Positions 36,745 through 51,259 of a DNA stretch of 64,000 bases are shown here, piece by piece. The stretch is from contig NC_068984.1 in NCBI RefSeq assembly GCF_001194135.2, positions 89,389,641-89,453,640 of the forward strand, given 5' to 3'. Under the pieces are notes generated by a model, which saw nothing but the letters and a program-made list of their open reading frames with translations, did not search any database and was not told the origin of the DNA. The position numbers and the translations under genes are program-made. The DNA comes from Octopus bimaculoides (taxonomy: Eukaryota). The stretch's first letter is position 1. Every line of letters begins with the position of its first letter.

Positions 36745-36952
36745 TCATAATCCTTTCAAGGGCAGCAGTTTTTGGGGAGAGGATAAGTCGTTTACATCGA
36801 CCCCAGTGCTCAGCTGGCACTTATTTTGTCGAACCCGAATGGATGAAAGGTAAAATCGACCTCGGCAGAATTTGGACACAGAACGTTGCGTCGGGCGAAA
36901 TACCGCTAAGCATTTCTTCCAGCGTGCCAACGATACTGCAAGCTCACCGCCT
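36745..36952 (-). mobile_element. tRNA-derived SINE family 2
   Basis: …TCGACCTCGGCAGAATTTG…GCTCACCGCC. Confidence 0.85.
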
Positions 36953-36954
36953 CG

Positions 36955-38110
36955 ATCGCACTACCCGAAAGACAATGACAATGCACAGTGCACTCCACCC
37001 TAAGGCAAATGTACATAGGCTCTACAGGAAGAGAGGTAAAGGCGGACATGGGCTGATTAGAGTGTATCAACACTGAAAGAAGAAACATGAAAGAATATTT
37101 GATAAGCGTCAAACAAGACCTGCTACGGTATGTTGCTAGTGCAGAAGGAGTTAACAAAAATGGACTTGAGAGTGCTCATGAATTCCGATCACGAATAGCC
37201 AACGAGAGAGAAGAAACACTACTCCGTATGGAATTACATGGTCAGTTCCACCGTGAAACCAACAAATTAAAAAACCAGGAAGCATCATGGAAGTGGCTCA
37301 ACAAGGGTGACCTAAAAAAGAATACTGAAAGCCTAAACATCGCTGCCCAGGATCAGGCATTGGTTACCAACTCAGTGAAAAAGAATGTATACCACACAAG
37401 TGCAACGGACCACTGCAGAATGTGTGGGAAGAGGGTCGAAAGCGTAACTCACATTGTTAGTGCTTGTGAAAGTCTTGCACAGAAATAGTACAAGCGTAGA
37501 CACGACAAGGTAGCCCAAAACCTGCACTGGCTACTATGCCGTAAGTATGGATATGAGGCTACAGGTGCTTGGTACCAACATACACCGGAAAAGGTAATGG
37601 ACGAAAAGGGGAAGGCAAAAATCCTCTGGGCTTTGATTTTCAGACAGACAAAGTGTTAGAGCACCGAAGGCCGGATATAGTGGCCTTTAGGAAGGACAAA
37701 CAAGAGTGTCTTGAAGGACAAACAAGAGTGTCATGGCAGTACTAGATCAGCATATCATCATGAATGAAAGAGAAAAGGTTGATAAATATGGGGACCTGAG
37801 AATTGAGATCGCTAAGATGTGACAGCTACGAGTGTCAAACATAAAGTTTATCCCTATTGTCATCGGAGCATTGGGTTCAATAACAACCACTCTGAAAAAC
37901 AAAACATCTGAAAACCTTAGAAATACCCTACAATATAGATGTATTGCAAAAGTCGGCATTACTTGGAACTGCACGCATATTGCGTAAAGTACTATCTATC
38001 TGAGGTCCTTGCTGTGACTTGACAAACAATACAAACCCCCGGTAGACACAATATCTTCAATCAATCAACAACATCACGATATTGTATACTGTGCGACGTC
38101 TATAATAATA
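36955..38110 (+). mobile_element. R4/Dong-like LINE copy C, 5'-truncated, 3' end intact
   Basis: DRTTRKTMTMHSALHPKANVHRLY, ESLNIAAQDQAL, CRMCG…HIVSAC, RHDK, RPD, IPIVIGALG; ends TAATAATA. Confidence 0.9.
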
Positions 38111-38122
38111 TGTATGCATGTA

Positions 38123-38153
<31 letters not shown>

Positions 38154-38269
38154 GTGTATATATATATATTTCTATATACGGTATACACACACACATGTAT
38201 GTATATATGTATATGTATATATACATTATATGCATAATCAAATTAAAGGAAATATTCAAATAATATTCT

Positions 38270-38470
38270 TTTCTACTCTATGCACAAGGCCCGGAATTTT
38301 GGGGGAGGGGCCAGTCGATTAGAGTGACCCCAGTACGCAGCTTGTACTTAATTTATCGACCCCAAAAAGATGAAAGGCAAAGTCGACCTCGGCGGAATTT
38401 GAACTCAGAACGTAAAGACAGACGAAATACCGCTAAGCATTTAACCGGGCGTGCAAACGTTTCTGCCAGC
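38270..38470 (-). mobile_element. tRNA-derived SINE family 2
   Basis: …GTCGACCTCGGCGGAATTTGAACTCAGAACG…TTCTGCCAGC. Confidence 0.85.
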
Positions 38471-40249
38471 AAACTAAACTATATAAAATAACAAATACCA
38501 TATCTTAATTTGCTATTGAAAGTACGTTTATGCACTTATCAGTCAGTAGAGAAGTGATAATTACTAGGATGGAAGACAATGACTCTATTATCACAGCTAA
38601 TATGTTAAATATCTTAAAATAGTAATTCGTGGAGCACAACCTTACATAACTAATTGGTGACGTGTCTATTTAAAACACTACTCTTTGCGATATCGCAATG
38701 GAGACAACTTGATCCAGTGGGTGATGGGCAACTTTTATAGCTTAAGCAACACCAGAATATATAATTTGCATATATATTTTGTAAGATAATCAAAGGTAGA
38801 AATTAAGTAAGCATTAAGTTTGCAGGCCCTGACTGTTTAGATTGAGTCTGTGAGCAAGTACTTAATGCATCTTGTGTTTCAGTCTTTTCCACTATCTTTT
38901 CCACTTTCTTTTCCACTGCATAGTTTTCTTTTAGACGCAGTCTGAGACATTAGTCTATTTAGCAACAACTCTTCCCCATAGATGTTCTGACTCCAAAGTA
39001 CAGACCCTGTCTTATGTTACAGTCTTGATAATTTATGAATGTGAAGTGGTTCTGAAAGGGTATCAGAAGTGATGAGGCTCAAGCATTTCTAACCACTGAT
39101 TGGAATTTTTTTTTGTTATTTATTCACCATTACACGTGTTTCATTTGCTAATAGGAATTCCAGAGTTTTATATGTTAGATAGACATATAAGGTGCTTCTA
39201 ATAGGAAATTCCCTACATTGTCTAACATGTAAAATCTTAAAGCTAAAACCAGTACAAACGAACGAACGATGTCATAAATAACAGAACCGCCGATAGATGT
39301 TGTTGACAAACAACGGCAGTAATCTTATTCAAGGGAAAAAATCCCATTACACCGCCACAACGTGTTGTTGACAAACCACAGCAGTAACTGTTTTTACCGT
39401 AATAGACGTCAGTGATTGGTTGAAATTACCGAAATACGACAACTTTTTACATGAAATAACTTCAAATATAAAAATTTTTTCTCTGTTCTATAAGACAAAA
39501 TATACAAGTATACGAAGTTTTAAAGTGTTTCGGTAGAAAACACACTAAATAAAAACTAAATAAAAAATGGTGTCCACCAAATCAGAAGGATCCCTTTTAT
39601 TCCTACCTCAGTTCATCTAATTGTATATATCTATCGTTACTTTTCATAAAAAGCCTTTACTTTTTTTGATGTCCAATGTGCATTTTCGCTTATTTTTCTT
39701 CTTACTTTCCCTTTACATCTCCACGTGTAGTTTCTATTGTCTTTTTGTAACATATTCCTATTATATANNNNNNNNNNNNNNNNNNNNNNNNNNNNNNNNN
39801 NNNNNNNNNNNNNNNNNNNNNNNNNNNNNNNNNNNNNNNNNNNNNNNNNNNNNNNNNNNNNNNNNNNNNNNNNNNNNNNNNNNNNNNNNNNNNNNNNNNN
39901 NNNNNNNNNNNNNNNNNNNNNNNNNNNNNNNNNNNNNNNNNNNNNNNNNNNNNNNNNNNNNNNNNNNNNNNNNNNNNNNNNNNNNNNNNNNNNNNNNNNN
40001 NNNNNNNNNNNNNNNNNNNNNNNNNNNNNNNNNNNNNNNNNNNNNNNNNNNNNNNNNNNNNNNNNNNNAATTCAAGTACAGAAGTACATAAATAAATAAT
40101 AAATGCATGATTAAACAGCGAATGTCCAGTAAAAAGAAAGAAAGGAAAAAGAAGCAAGAAGAAAAAGGAAAGTGAGAGAACCCTCAAAAAGGAACAGGGA
40201 CAGATAAGTACACACACACAGACACACACAAATATGACGAACGATATTC

Positions 40250-40470
40250 TTTTCTACTCTAGGCACAAGGCCCGAAATTTTAGGGGAGGTGCCAGTCGAT
40301 TAGATCGACCCCAGTACGCAACTGGTACTTAATTTATCGACCCCGAAAGGATAAAAGGCAAAGTCGACCTCGGCGGAATTCGAACTCAGAACGTAAAGAC
40401 AGACGAAATACCGCTAAGTATTTCGCCCGGCGTACTAATGCTAACGTCTCTGCCAGCTCACCACCTTATA
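40250..40470 (-). mobile_element. tRNA-derived SINE family 2
   Basis: Near-identical to 38270-38470. Confidence 0.85.
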
Positions 40471-41099
40471 TATAACGAACAGTATTGCTTGCAAATGTGG
40501 TATGATGCGCATATATGCATCACACGCAGATGCGCATACATATTTTTAAACAAGCATACAAGATCACGAGTTGTTGCCACGTCATATGTGAAATAAAAAA
40601 TTTGATAAACGATTGATAAAAGATGGGTAGCCCATGACATATCCCGCACCCAATTGATTAGGAAGGGAGTATAAATTAGAGCAGTTTAAGTTGCACGCAG
40701 TAACAAAAGCGTTTTGGGTCACTCTTTTTAATTATATCTAGGAAAACGCTCAATCCCAGCACTGAGGCATGTCGTTTCATGCTATAGAACGAACACCGCT
40801 CCTATAAACTTGATCATCTCAACCCACTCAAAACAGACGTTTCTGCAACACCAATAAAATTTGCCCACCTCAAGCTTTATAAAGCAATTAATAAAATAAG
40901 TAAAATAAAAGAAATTCATTTGGCGTGGATATAAATGAAAGCTGATTTGGCCATTGATGTTTTACTTTGCCACTTCAAGCTATTTACCTATACCTTACAT
41001 AACCGCTGGGACACCTTTCCTCCACATTTTCTCTTCAGCAATTAGGCGACAACTAATTACCATGGCTGGAAATAAGTTACATAATTAATACGGTTGGTA

Positions 41100-42110
41100 C
41101 TTAGTGGATATCAAACGGCTGATCTGATTATTAAAAACTGGTCTTACTTTGAGAAATCGACCTTAGATCTACAATTACAAGAAGTGCTCAGAGTGATGGC
41201 AATTAGCTTCAAGACATTTATTAGTACGGGCCACTGTTGCTTGAGCAACGTTAACCGAAAGAGTCCAGTGGGATTGCTGTACATGCCATTTCAATTTCTT
41301 CCCGAAGGGCTGTCAGAGTAGCTGTTCTTTTGCGATACATAACATCCTTTATGGTGCCCCATAAGTAAAAATCTGCAGCTGTTAAATCTGCATCCCTTCG
41401 TCCTATCCAGTGTCCTTGCAAATTGTCATCCATGAAAGCTCGCATGTCTCGGCAGTAGTGTGACCGTGCACCGTCTTGATGACAGAAAAAAATCATCATT
41501 TCCATAAAGTGCATATGACAGTTAAGATGGACGTGCTTAGCATATATAGGAAAGCTTCACCAGTAGCAGTACCTTTAAAGAAAAATGGCCCTATAAAACC
41601 TCTTGATGACACTCCCCACCAGACATTGATCTACAGTAAATTGATTGCTTTGTCCACTTACAAGCAAGGATTTTCTGGTGCCCATTAAACAATTATGTTG
41701 GCTCACTGTTCCGTTTAGCTTAAATTGTGCCTCATCAGGCCACACATTCTTCCTCACAAACTCTTCACCCTCGCCTACCATGTGTTAAAACCACTCATAA
41801 AACTCGATTCTTTGATCAGGTTCGTCGTCGTTAGTGGCATATAATAATCTTGGGATGTAAACTTTCTACTTAGTTCTTTTAAGAATGCACCGCATGCTTG
41901 TATTCTTGTATTGCTTATTCCTGTTTCGTAAGCGATAAACTTCTGTGGCAAATGTGTGAAATGTTCTAGCACCATAACCGAGGAAGCAGCACTTGATACT
42001 GCACGGGATCTGCCGGATTTCCCCTTATGTACATCATATGCGGTACTATGTGTTTCGAACTTAATAACGAATCCATGAAATTGCCAGGCATGTTGGAGGT
42101 TCTATTTGAA
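41100..42110 (-). mobile_element. Tc1/mariner transposase pseudogene of maT (DD37D)-like type
   Basis: VWPDEAQFKLNGTVSQHN, FFCHQDGARSHY, HWIGRR…ADFYLWGTIKDVMY; TIRs not resolved. Confidence 0.75.
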
Positions 42111-42450
42111 ACTCACGCGACGTTGTTGTTGAACTTAACAACATTCTCAAATTTGAAATACTACTTTAAAATGGTCTTAGGTTTCTTAAACAATAACCAA
42201 TACCTCTGCCATTTTACCACTGTTGCTTACGATAGCAGAAAGAAAATTTCCAGTCTTTTTAATCTCAAAACATGACCATTAACTATTTCAAACATCAACA
42301 ATTGATCAAGCGCAACCTAACATTTTCAGTATCACACGTAGACAACAATAAAAACAAAATTTTCCATTTAAATCACAAGGCTTCGCACCTTTACTTATAT
42401 ATACATGCATGCATACATACATACATACATACATACATACATACATACAT

Positions 42451-43744
42451 GCGCCTCTACCTAAAACGGAAACAACGAGGGAGAGGCTTAGCATCGATCC
42501 AAAATACCTTTGAATGTTGCATCATAACCCTTCAGCAACATCTTTTAACCACCAAGTGTCGAAGTGCGTCCCTTGGCCAAGTTTGCATACATGAGGCTGA
42601 TAACATCATAAGACTTGGAAGGCAGCCCCTTGAGCAACACTCTCTGTCTGATAACCTAGAATAGATACCCAAAGAAGCCGCATGTCTCTACTGCAACATA
42701 TCATCAAATGAAAGGGTGAGCCTATATGAGCAGAAGACTATGCATAGATATGTTACTAGAAAGCTCCGTGATGATAGTAACATCGATCATCAAAGCAGTT
42801 TATCAGGGACCAATAGCCGGATTACTACCTCCCACTTTGAAGGGTATGCGTTTGCAATCCAGGAACAGGAAATATCAACCAAGTACCTAATGCACAAAAG
42901 GGATAGAGATGCAGGAAAAGCCGTAAAATGTGACAACCGATGCAGACTTTGTGGAGTTCACACTGAAGATATCACCCACATCATAAGCAGTTGTCCGAAA
43001 ATGTCATCACGGTATTATCTACCAATGAGACATGATGTTGTAGCTAGGACACTCTATAATGAAATCCGTCAGAAGGATAATCCCGAAGACAAAGAAATAA
43101 GAACCCACAATATGGTAGAAGCCATAGCCACTCATAATGAAAAGGAATACTGGTGGAATGTACCAGTGAAGATCTCAATAATATGTAAAAAGAACAGACC
43201 TGATATAATGATTTGGGATAAAGAGAAACTATGCACAGTTGTGGAAATTAGCTGCCCAGCGGATGTTAGCATAAAGCTGAATATCAGTGAAAAAGGGAAC
43301 ACCTATACTGAACTATTGAGAAATCTGCAGGTACTCTATCCAGATTACAAATTCAGGTTTATACCTGTAATTATTGGGGCTCTGGGATATGTAACACACT
43401 GCCTAAATACCAATCTTGAGAAATTAGGCTTCTCAAAACCAGAAAGGAGAAAGCTAATTGGAAGTCTACAGATCCAATTCATCACTAGAACTGTAAAAAT
43501 CTGTAAAACTTTCCAGAAGTCTATTATTTAAATATATATGAGCATCTCTAGATATGTATCTATATGCATGAGAATACATACATAAAACACAGAAATCTGC
43601 ACATACATAATAATACATACATACATACATACATACAAAAATACCCGGTTATTGATGTTGAAGGAACCGTGGATCTAGGTTAGAAACAGGTTCTTTCTCT
43701 ATTGGCAAGAAATCTTGAAAGAAACTGAATAATGACATACATAC
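42451..43744 (+). mobile_element. R4/Dong-related RLE LINE copy D with (TACA)n at both junctions
   Basis: RLYLKRKQRGRGL; EGYAFAIQEQEI; CRLCG…H…C; RHD; RPD…VEISCPAD…EK; IPVIIGALG; 3' UTR ends …TGAATAATGACATACATAC. Confidence 0.85.
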
Positions 43745-45199
43745 TGATGTACACTTGCACTATTGTAAGGGATTATATATATATATGTGTGTGTGTGTGT
43801 ACATGATACAATCATTATTTGGCATTAATATAGTACTGGTTATTGGGAGAGATTGCTGTAACACTACTAGTCGAAGGTGATCGTTTATTGCAGGCGGATT
43901 AGTATTTTTTCTGATTTATATTCTGCCACCAAATATCTACTAGCAATCAATGAAAATTATGCTTTAGACCGGAGATTAATACTGGTTGTATGCCAATGTT
44001 TCCTTAATTGCACAAAGACAAAGCTGGGCTTTACTAAGTTAAAAATAATTTCTCCAGTGGAAACCTTAACAGTGAATAAATGGATGTGCGTACTATGAAT
44101 AACGATAACAATTTATTAATCTATAACATTAATTCCATTTTTTATGACAAATTTTCTACAAAATAATTTTTTATCATTTTCACAAGTTTCATAACTTGAA
44201 AAATCAGTTTTCATTCTTTCAGTAACTTACGCGTGCAAGTACTCGAAAACAATAAAGTAAAATATTCTAAGTCTCCTTAAATCTTTGAACATTAAACCGC
44301 ACAAAAATATCAATATAATGAATACAGTTTTGGGTTTCCCTATAGCTTTTATTATGTGTGAGGGAAAGAAGGGCGAATTTCATGGTCTCATTGGAAGTTA
44401 TATACGATGATTTTGTGATCGATGTTGGAAAATGTTCGATAAGTGGGTTTATTTACTGTTGGAGTGTTAGTTATGCTTTTGCCGTCAATAATATGTGTGT
44501 GATGTGTTACAACCATTGTTGGAATTGTAGAATGACTTTTTATATTGTTTTCTGTTTGTTTTCTGACATAAATATTGAAAGTGTATGATTTATTTTTATT
44601 TCTTAATTATTTTATTGATAATATTTAGTTTTATTTCAGTTGTTTGAGGCTTTTGCTTGTTGCTAGTTTTTATAAAGTTTGTGATTTCACTTTTATTCTT
44701 TTTATTTTGCCCTCTCAGGTATATATCTTCGACACTCTTATAGTTATTTTGTTAAGTACTTGCAGTGCTGTAGTTATGCTAATAAATGGGGATTGCTGAA
44801 TTCTGCGAATTATAATTCTATCTCTTGGGGTTTTAACATCCACTTTTAACATCGTTAATATTGCATCCCCAAGGGGCACTTTTACAGTGTTACCTTCTAT
44901 AAAGTATGTGTTGCATACATTAAAGTACTCAGTAAAGCCCTATATGGAGTAATAAGTATCAGATCATCAACAACAATAACAGCCACACAATGCTCTAGGC
45001 CATAAGAACAACTACAAATATCATACTCACAAGCCAGCAGCATGCAAAAGCCTTTTATAAGATATTTCCCGAAAATCAGTCATTAAAATCCGTCCTATGA
45101 GAAGACAAGAACACAAAGTGAAAATGATGCATTTCTATCTACACCATGATTTTGATTCCTTCCTTCCATCGCAAAGCTAATGGAGATATCTAAAAACTG

Positions 45200-46000
45200 A
45201 AAACGCTAGGGAAGTAAAAATCGCAAACATGCTCCTAAAACACACAGAGCCTGCAGGCATTATTGCCGTCTTCAAATATCTACAGCGTTTGTTACCAGCA
45301 CTGTCAAATTCTTAGACTCCTGAAAATTTTCAAAACCATAGCAATTTTAAAACACTTCAAAAGCATCAGGTTAAGTGGCACAAAACAGACTTGCTATCGT
45401 CCTATGATGATAACATCCTATGCACGACCTAAACGTCTTTAGGAAATCTCATTCTTTAGGTCATTGATCCACACATTTTCTTCTGCAAATCTCAACACGA
45501 ATTCGAAATTATTACACTCAACTACTACACTACTAAAAAGAATAACATAGAGGATACATGATGGACAAAAAAAAAAATCCTGAACTCAAACTTCTACATA
45601 CCATCGAAATTAGCAAAGCTTTCGACTCTGTTCTTGCTATCCACTAAGACATGAACAAAACAATAACACGTTAAGAAGTATCAAAGGACGCAAGCTTGAG
45701 AATTACCTCTTATATCGCCAAGCCTATGTATTCAACCCTCTTAGAATCTGAAAATCTCTGAATGGAGATCCACATAGAAGTCTACTTTCGCCCACTATTT
45801 TCAACTTAAAATTGTATGACCAAATCACACTTAAACATTTTTCCAAAACCTCATATGCAGAAGACATTAAGCTCATGTCGTCTTCTAATTCCAGGATACA
45901 ACAACAAAATTATTCTTACACTACACCAGTTGCTTAGAAAGCTGAATATACTAAAAAGAAAGAGGAGTTAAAGCAACACGACCAATTCTTATCAATAACA
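45200..46000 (+). mobile_element. Very decayed LINE RT remnant
   Basis: IEISKAFDSV (~45605-45632) and SYAEDIKL (~45850-45872) at RT-like spacing. Confidence 0.5.
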
Positions 46001-46121
46001 CTATAAAGCATAAAAAAAAACAATTATTACATATTAAGTAAACATTACAGATGCTGAAATCAAAAATATAACAGATTCAGAATATTTGCAGTACATAAAG
46101 AATATATAGTAAACAAAATGA

Positions 46122-46168
<47 letters not shown>

Positions 46169-46821
46169 ATATATATAAATAACACCAGAGAAGGAGCAAC
46201 TCTTAAGCTCTGACCGAGTTCACCTTTCTAACATCCTTTCACTGTCACAACTCTCAAAATCGATGAGTGCACAGAAAAAGATTGAAGAGTAAAAAGGATA
46301 CATCATGTCCAAATTCTCAAACGACTTCCCATGCAATTCAGCACAGCAAGTCGAAGTGTGCAGTATGTTTGTCAGCTAGAAAGAAGTATAATATGATAGA
46401 TTAAAATCCATAATCAAAGAGAGCTGATGATTGTCTGTGTTGTCCGGCTTGTAAGTGCAGAATAAAGTTTACAGGAAATTGCAACGAGTTTAGTTGATGT
46501 GTAGTGTGGAGAGAGAGAAGTATCTTAGCATCGGTTTTTGGCTAATATATGAATTGAAGAAGCGATCTGGAAGAGATGTGGGGGAGTGAAGAATGAATAT
46601 GGGAGAGAGAGGGGAGGCTAATTATCTACCTCCTATAAATCCGCATGATTAGTTCTGACGTGAGGTCACGCAACAAGCAAAACAAGATAGTTTGTTCATA
46701 AAATGCATAGCTACATAGTTTTACACACGTTTCATTACCACTGTAAGTACCAGTCATATACGGGAAATCTTACAAGTGGGATCTTTAGAGATTACGTAAC
46801 TTTTATTAGTAATTCATATTG

Positions 46822-47243
46822 CATAGAAAAGTGCAAGTAAGAGAAATAATTTTCTTAAGATTACAAACCTGGAAAATTACAGGAGAAGTTATTACACTTG
46901 GAAAAGTTCAGGGCAAGTTATTACATCTGGTCAAGTTCAGAACAAGAAATTTTTTACTTAAACTATTACAGCTAAGGATAAAATTAAAAAAAAAATTAGA
47001 TTTAGAAAATTGTAGATATTATTAAAACTAAAAATTTGATTACAAATTATTACTTCTATTTGTTATTACTTGTTACTTGTATTAAAAATAAAAAAATAAC
47101 TCAAAATATTTTTTGCACTTTAAAAAAATTATTAACTAATAATTAAAAATTTGAAAATAGGTTATAAAAAATAATAGTTGTCCTGTAATTTTCCAGGTTT
47201 ATACTCTTAAGAATATTATTTCTATTGCTCGCATGTTTCCATG
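46822..47243. repeat. Old inverted-repeat element (62-bp arms, 53/62 identical)
   Basis: 46822-46883 vs reverse complement of 47182-47243. Confidence 0.65.
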
Positions 47244-49374
47244 TAATCCTTGTTTTTTCCAGGCGATGCTATTATGCTAATTAATAATATGTCAAATGTG
47301 TCAATTAGCGGTGTCGTTGATAATTTTTTCCTTACTCTAATGACGCTGGTGACATATATTAGAAGTTCCCTTGTAGAACTATATTCATAAAAAAGTTTAG
47401 AACTATATTATAACCCTCAAATTTGAGAAACAAATATTCATAACTTTTTTCTTTTAAAACTTCATTGCATGAAATTTCGCGAATTGAGCTCTATCATTTA
47501 GGCTTAATTAAAATATAGTTTGTTTTTAAAATAAAGAAGTTAATTATACTTAAATCCAATTTTTTGCCTTACTTATATTTTTTTCCTGATATTTTACTTT
47601 TTGATACAAATTTTTGCTGCATGGGACCAAAACTAGGAAATCCTTCATGTTTTCTTCTATCATTGAAGCTAAGATAAATATATTTTGCTTTTAAAATAAA
47701 AAGAGTTATTTAGATCTAAACTTGATTGGTGACGTTACTTACTCTCCTATAACGTTGCTACAAATTTTGATGTAAACTTTTTTTCTACTGGATCAAATCT
47801 CAATTTGTTTATGCCAAAATGTAACTAGGGACCAGTACTCTTAAAATATGTTAACAGTTTTCAATTTGGCTAAGAAGTGAATTACGGCTGCATGTGAGTA
47901 AATTGCGGCTTTAAGAATATTATTCAACCGCTACCGTAGTTGAATGTTTCATATTGGATTGCCGAAAGTGTTATAGTATCGATTACCATGATAACAGTGT
48001 GCGAGCGCGTGCACGTGTGTGCATAGGCTCATGAATAACGTTGCTGTTGCCGCTATTATTATACAAGCACACGATGTAACTGGTTGGCGAAAATCTATCG
48101 ACTAGCACTCTACAACTACTGGACATCAGCACCTCTTCCCTCCATTTTTGTTTTGTTCCGCCAGCATATCACTCCTACCTAGAACTACGACCTTCTGAAA
48201 CTCATATCTCCTCACATTCTTTTCACGTACAGAAGTTGATGATAAGCATTAGACTGCATAAACCCTTCACCTCAATTTGGGAGGTCCTGCGAAGGAAGTA
48301 GGTACTACGCTGCTCCTGAATAATAAAAATTGCCTTTTCGAAGTTTATAAATGTGTTTTTATGTCTCGTTCATTGATGTTTGGGTGTAGTCATAGGAGAA
48401 TAAGGTTTGTTTTCCACGTGATTATTGGCAGCTAGGAGGAGTGTGGATCAGAACGTGACGTTTGAAGAGACGTTTTTGCAGTTTGCTCGGTGTGGCGTGT
48501 GTTGGTGTGTGTTGTTTTAAGTGTCAAGAGAATTCAGTTATGGCGCTATTGTGTTTCATGTTACTGGCTTTTCTTTTTGAATGCTTGTATTTCTATAATG
48601 TTGTCATGACCTATTTGTGTTCGAATGACGTCTGTGATATCAGTGAATTAGAGAAACATTTGTTTATAAATGTTATGATGTTATCACTATGATTTTGCTT
48701 GTTCTAGGATTGGAAGAGGTTCAGTGTGAAGTTGTTCTGTATTTTATATTACTACTATGGCCTTGGGTGATGATGAGGAATTTCAGCTTCACGAACCTGT
48801 TTATTAAGTCGTTTATGCTGAACTCTATTGATCCGTTTATAAGGTACAATAGGATATAACAGGTTGAGAAACCTCGAAATATTCCTTTGCTGGCCATCTA
48901 TTAAGTCATTAAACCGTGGTCATATTGGGACATTACTTTCCAGGGCTGTGGGTCTTAACCTTTTGTAGCCCAGTATTCTGGTGTTTTTCAATCATCCCAT
49001 CATTATGCAAAAATAAACAAATACAAAAATGAATTAAAGAAAACAGCAGATTATTTTAATCAAACAAGTAAATTTTTCGCAGTACTTTATTATCCACTTT
49101 TTCTTAATCTATCCCATCCAGCATATGCTTCTTTTATGTTTTTTTTTTCTCTCGGTATTTGCGGGAACTAAAGCCCCTTACATTAGACTATTTGAAGGAA
49201 ATTGCTAAAGGAGGCGAAAATCATATAACGAAGTTATATTGGATCTTGGCATATCATTAGACATGTTTCTTTCCACTCACCACACAATAGCCTATTCATG
49301 ATTTACTCTCAAGAAAGATTTTTTGAAATGTTTTTAAAATATAATTATTGCACTTAGTATAAATGTCTTACTAT

Positions 49375-49765
49375 TTGCTCTTTTACTTGTTTCAGTCATT
49401 TGACTGCGGCCATGCCGGAGCACCGCCTTTAGTCGAGTAAATCGACCCCAGGACTTATTCTTTGTAAGCCTAGTATTTATTCTATCGGTCTCTTTTGCCG
49501 AACCGCTAAGTTACGGGGACGTAACCACACCTGCATTGGTTGTCAAGCGATGCTGGGGGACAAACACAGACACACAAACATACATATATATATATACATA
49601 TATACGACGGGCTTCTTTCAGTTTCCGTCTACCAAATCCACTCACGAGGCTTTGGTCGGCCCGAGGCTATAGTAGAAGACACTTGCCCAAGGTGCCACGC
49701 AGTGGGACTGAACCTGGAACCATGTGGTTGGTAAGCAAGCTACTTACCACACAGCCACTCCTGCG
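49375..49765 (-). mobile_element. tRNA-derived SINE family 1, full-length-like
   Basis: Minus-strand head GCAGGAGTGGCTGTGTGG…GGTTCAGTCCC. Confidence 0.9.
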
Positions 49766-49784
49766 TCTTATGTATCTTTTATCT

Positions 49785-50145
49785 TTAACTTGTTTCAGTC
49801 ATTAGACTGCGGGCACGCTGTGGATACCGCCTTGAATAATTTTTTTCAGTTGACTGAATCGACACCAGTACTTTTTTTAAAGCCTGGTACTTATTCTATC
49901 AATCTCTTTTGCTGAACCGCTAATTTACGGGGATATGAACATACTAGCACTGGTTGTCAAGCAGTGTTGGGGAAACACACACGCACACACACACGCGCGC
50001 GCGACGGGTTGATTTCAGTTTCCATCTACCAAATCCACTCACAAGGCTTTATTCGGCTCGAAGCTATAACAGAAGTGTCAAGGTGTCATGCGGAATCATG
50101 TGGTTGGGAAGCAAGCTTCTTACCACATAGTTACGCCTGTGCCTA
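49785..50145 (-). mobile_element. tRNA-derived SINE family 1, older adjacent copy
   Basis: Collinear with 49375-49765, more diverged. Confidence 0.8.
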
Positions 50146-51186
50146 AAAAATGCCGAGCGTCCCTATAGCGTCCCCTTGATATTTGCCGATTTCTTGTGAG
50201 CTCATAACATACGCAAGAAGGCATTACTGCCCGGTTTAAGAAGCACTGTTTTAGGGTATATCAGCCGAAGTACTTATTATATTGACTTCAGAAAGATGAC
50301 AGCCAAAGTAGACCGCAATGAAACGTTAGAAAATAGTACAAAATATCTTGTTCAACGCTCAATCGATTCTGTCATCCATCTGTCATCGTTGTGTTGTTAG
50401 TGCCAGGTCAGTTAAGATAGAGAAGAATTATGATGGAAGAGATTCCAGTCATGACCATCTCGTATTTTCCTATTTCTTTATCAAGTATTTTGTTGTAAAA
50501 CTAGAGTGAAATAATGTGGAAGATCCCCTTCCCGAATATCATAAAAACGTGCGAGTTTGTTATGTGTATGATAATTCTCTATTAACAATAAGATTTTGCA
50601 TTTTCACTTTTGTGTTCAGTTTGGTTCACTGGAGGATATTCTAGCAATTTAGAATTATCTCGGATTTTTGGTTTCCATAACAAAGAACACCGTCAAGTTG
50701 CTGCAAACAGTAACAGTTAAACATTGTTAGATTCTTTAACTTCTTTGTAGGAACCTCCTTTGGCTGTTAGAGCAGGATGAGATAACAACCAATAAAACCC
50801 TCCGGTTGAGAAATAATTTTCTTCATGATTAACCGAAACAGAACATACACATAGAAAGCCATACTTCGTAGCAAACAACCATTTCAATGAGCGAAGAAAT
50901 TTCATAGATTTAATTCTGGTTGGATTGTTGAATGGACTTCACCTCTAGAAACTTATCTCTTACACACTTCAATTAATCCATTGATTATTTTTCATTGACA
51001 CCCAAAACACTTCGCCTGAATTTAATGCCAGTTCATATAAGAATATTTTTTTTCAGTAATAAGTGAACAGTTGAAAAAAGTTACTTAGATGTCTGGTTAA
51101 AATTATTGACATTAATACACCGAATTGCTTTAATATATTAGTTTTCATTTACTTATGTCAACGTATCTAAGCCTAATCTACTCTAA

Positions 51187-51259
<73 letters not shown>

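Noticed and set aside
39290-39600. Kolobok-like end (AGGGATCC) with a repeated TGTTGTTGACAAAC motif
   Set aside because: Only one end seen and TTAA TSD not intact
48400-48845. Promoter-like CACGTG/ATTGG/TGACGT cluster and acceptor-ATG (MALGDDEEFQLHEPVY*)
   Set aside because: Frame closes after 16 codons; motifs expected by chance
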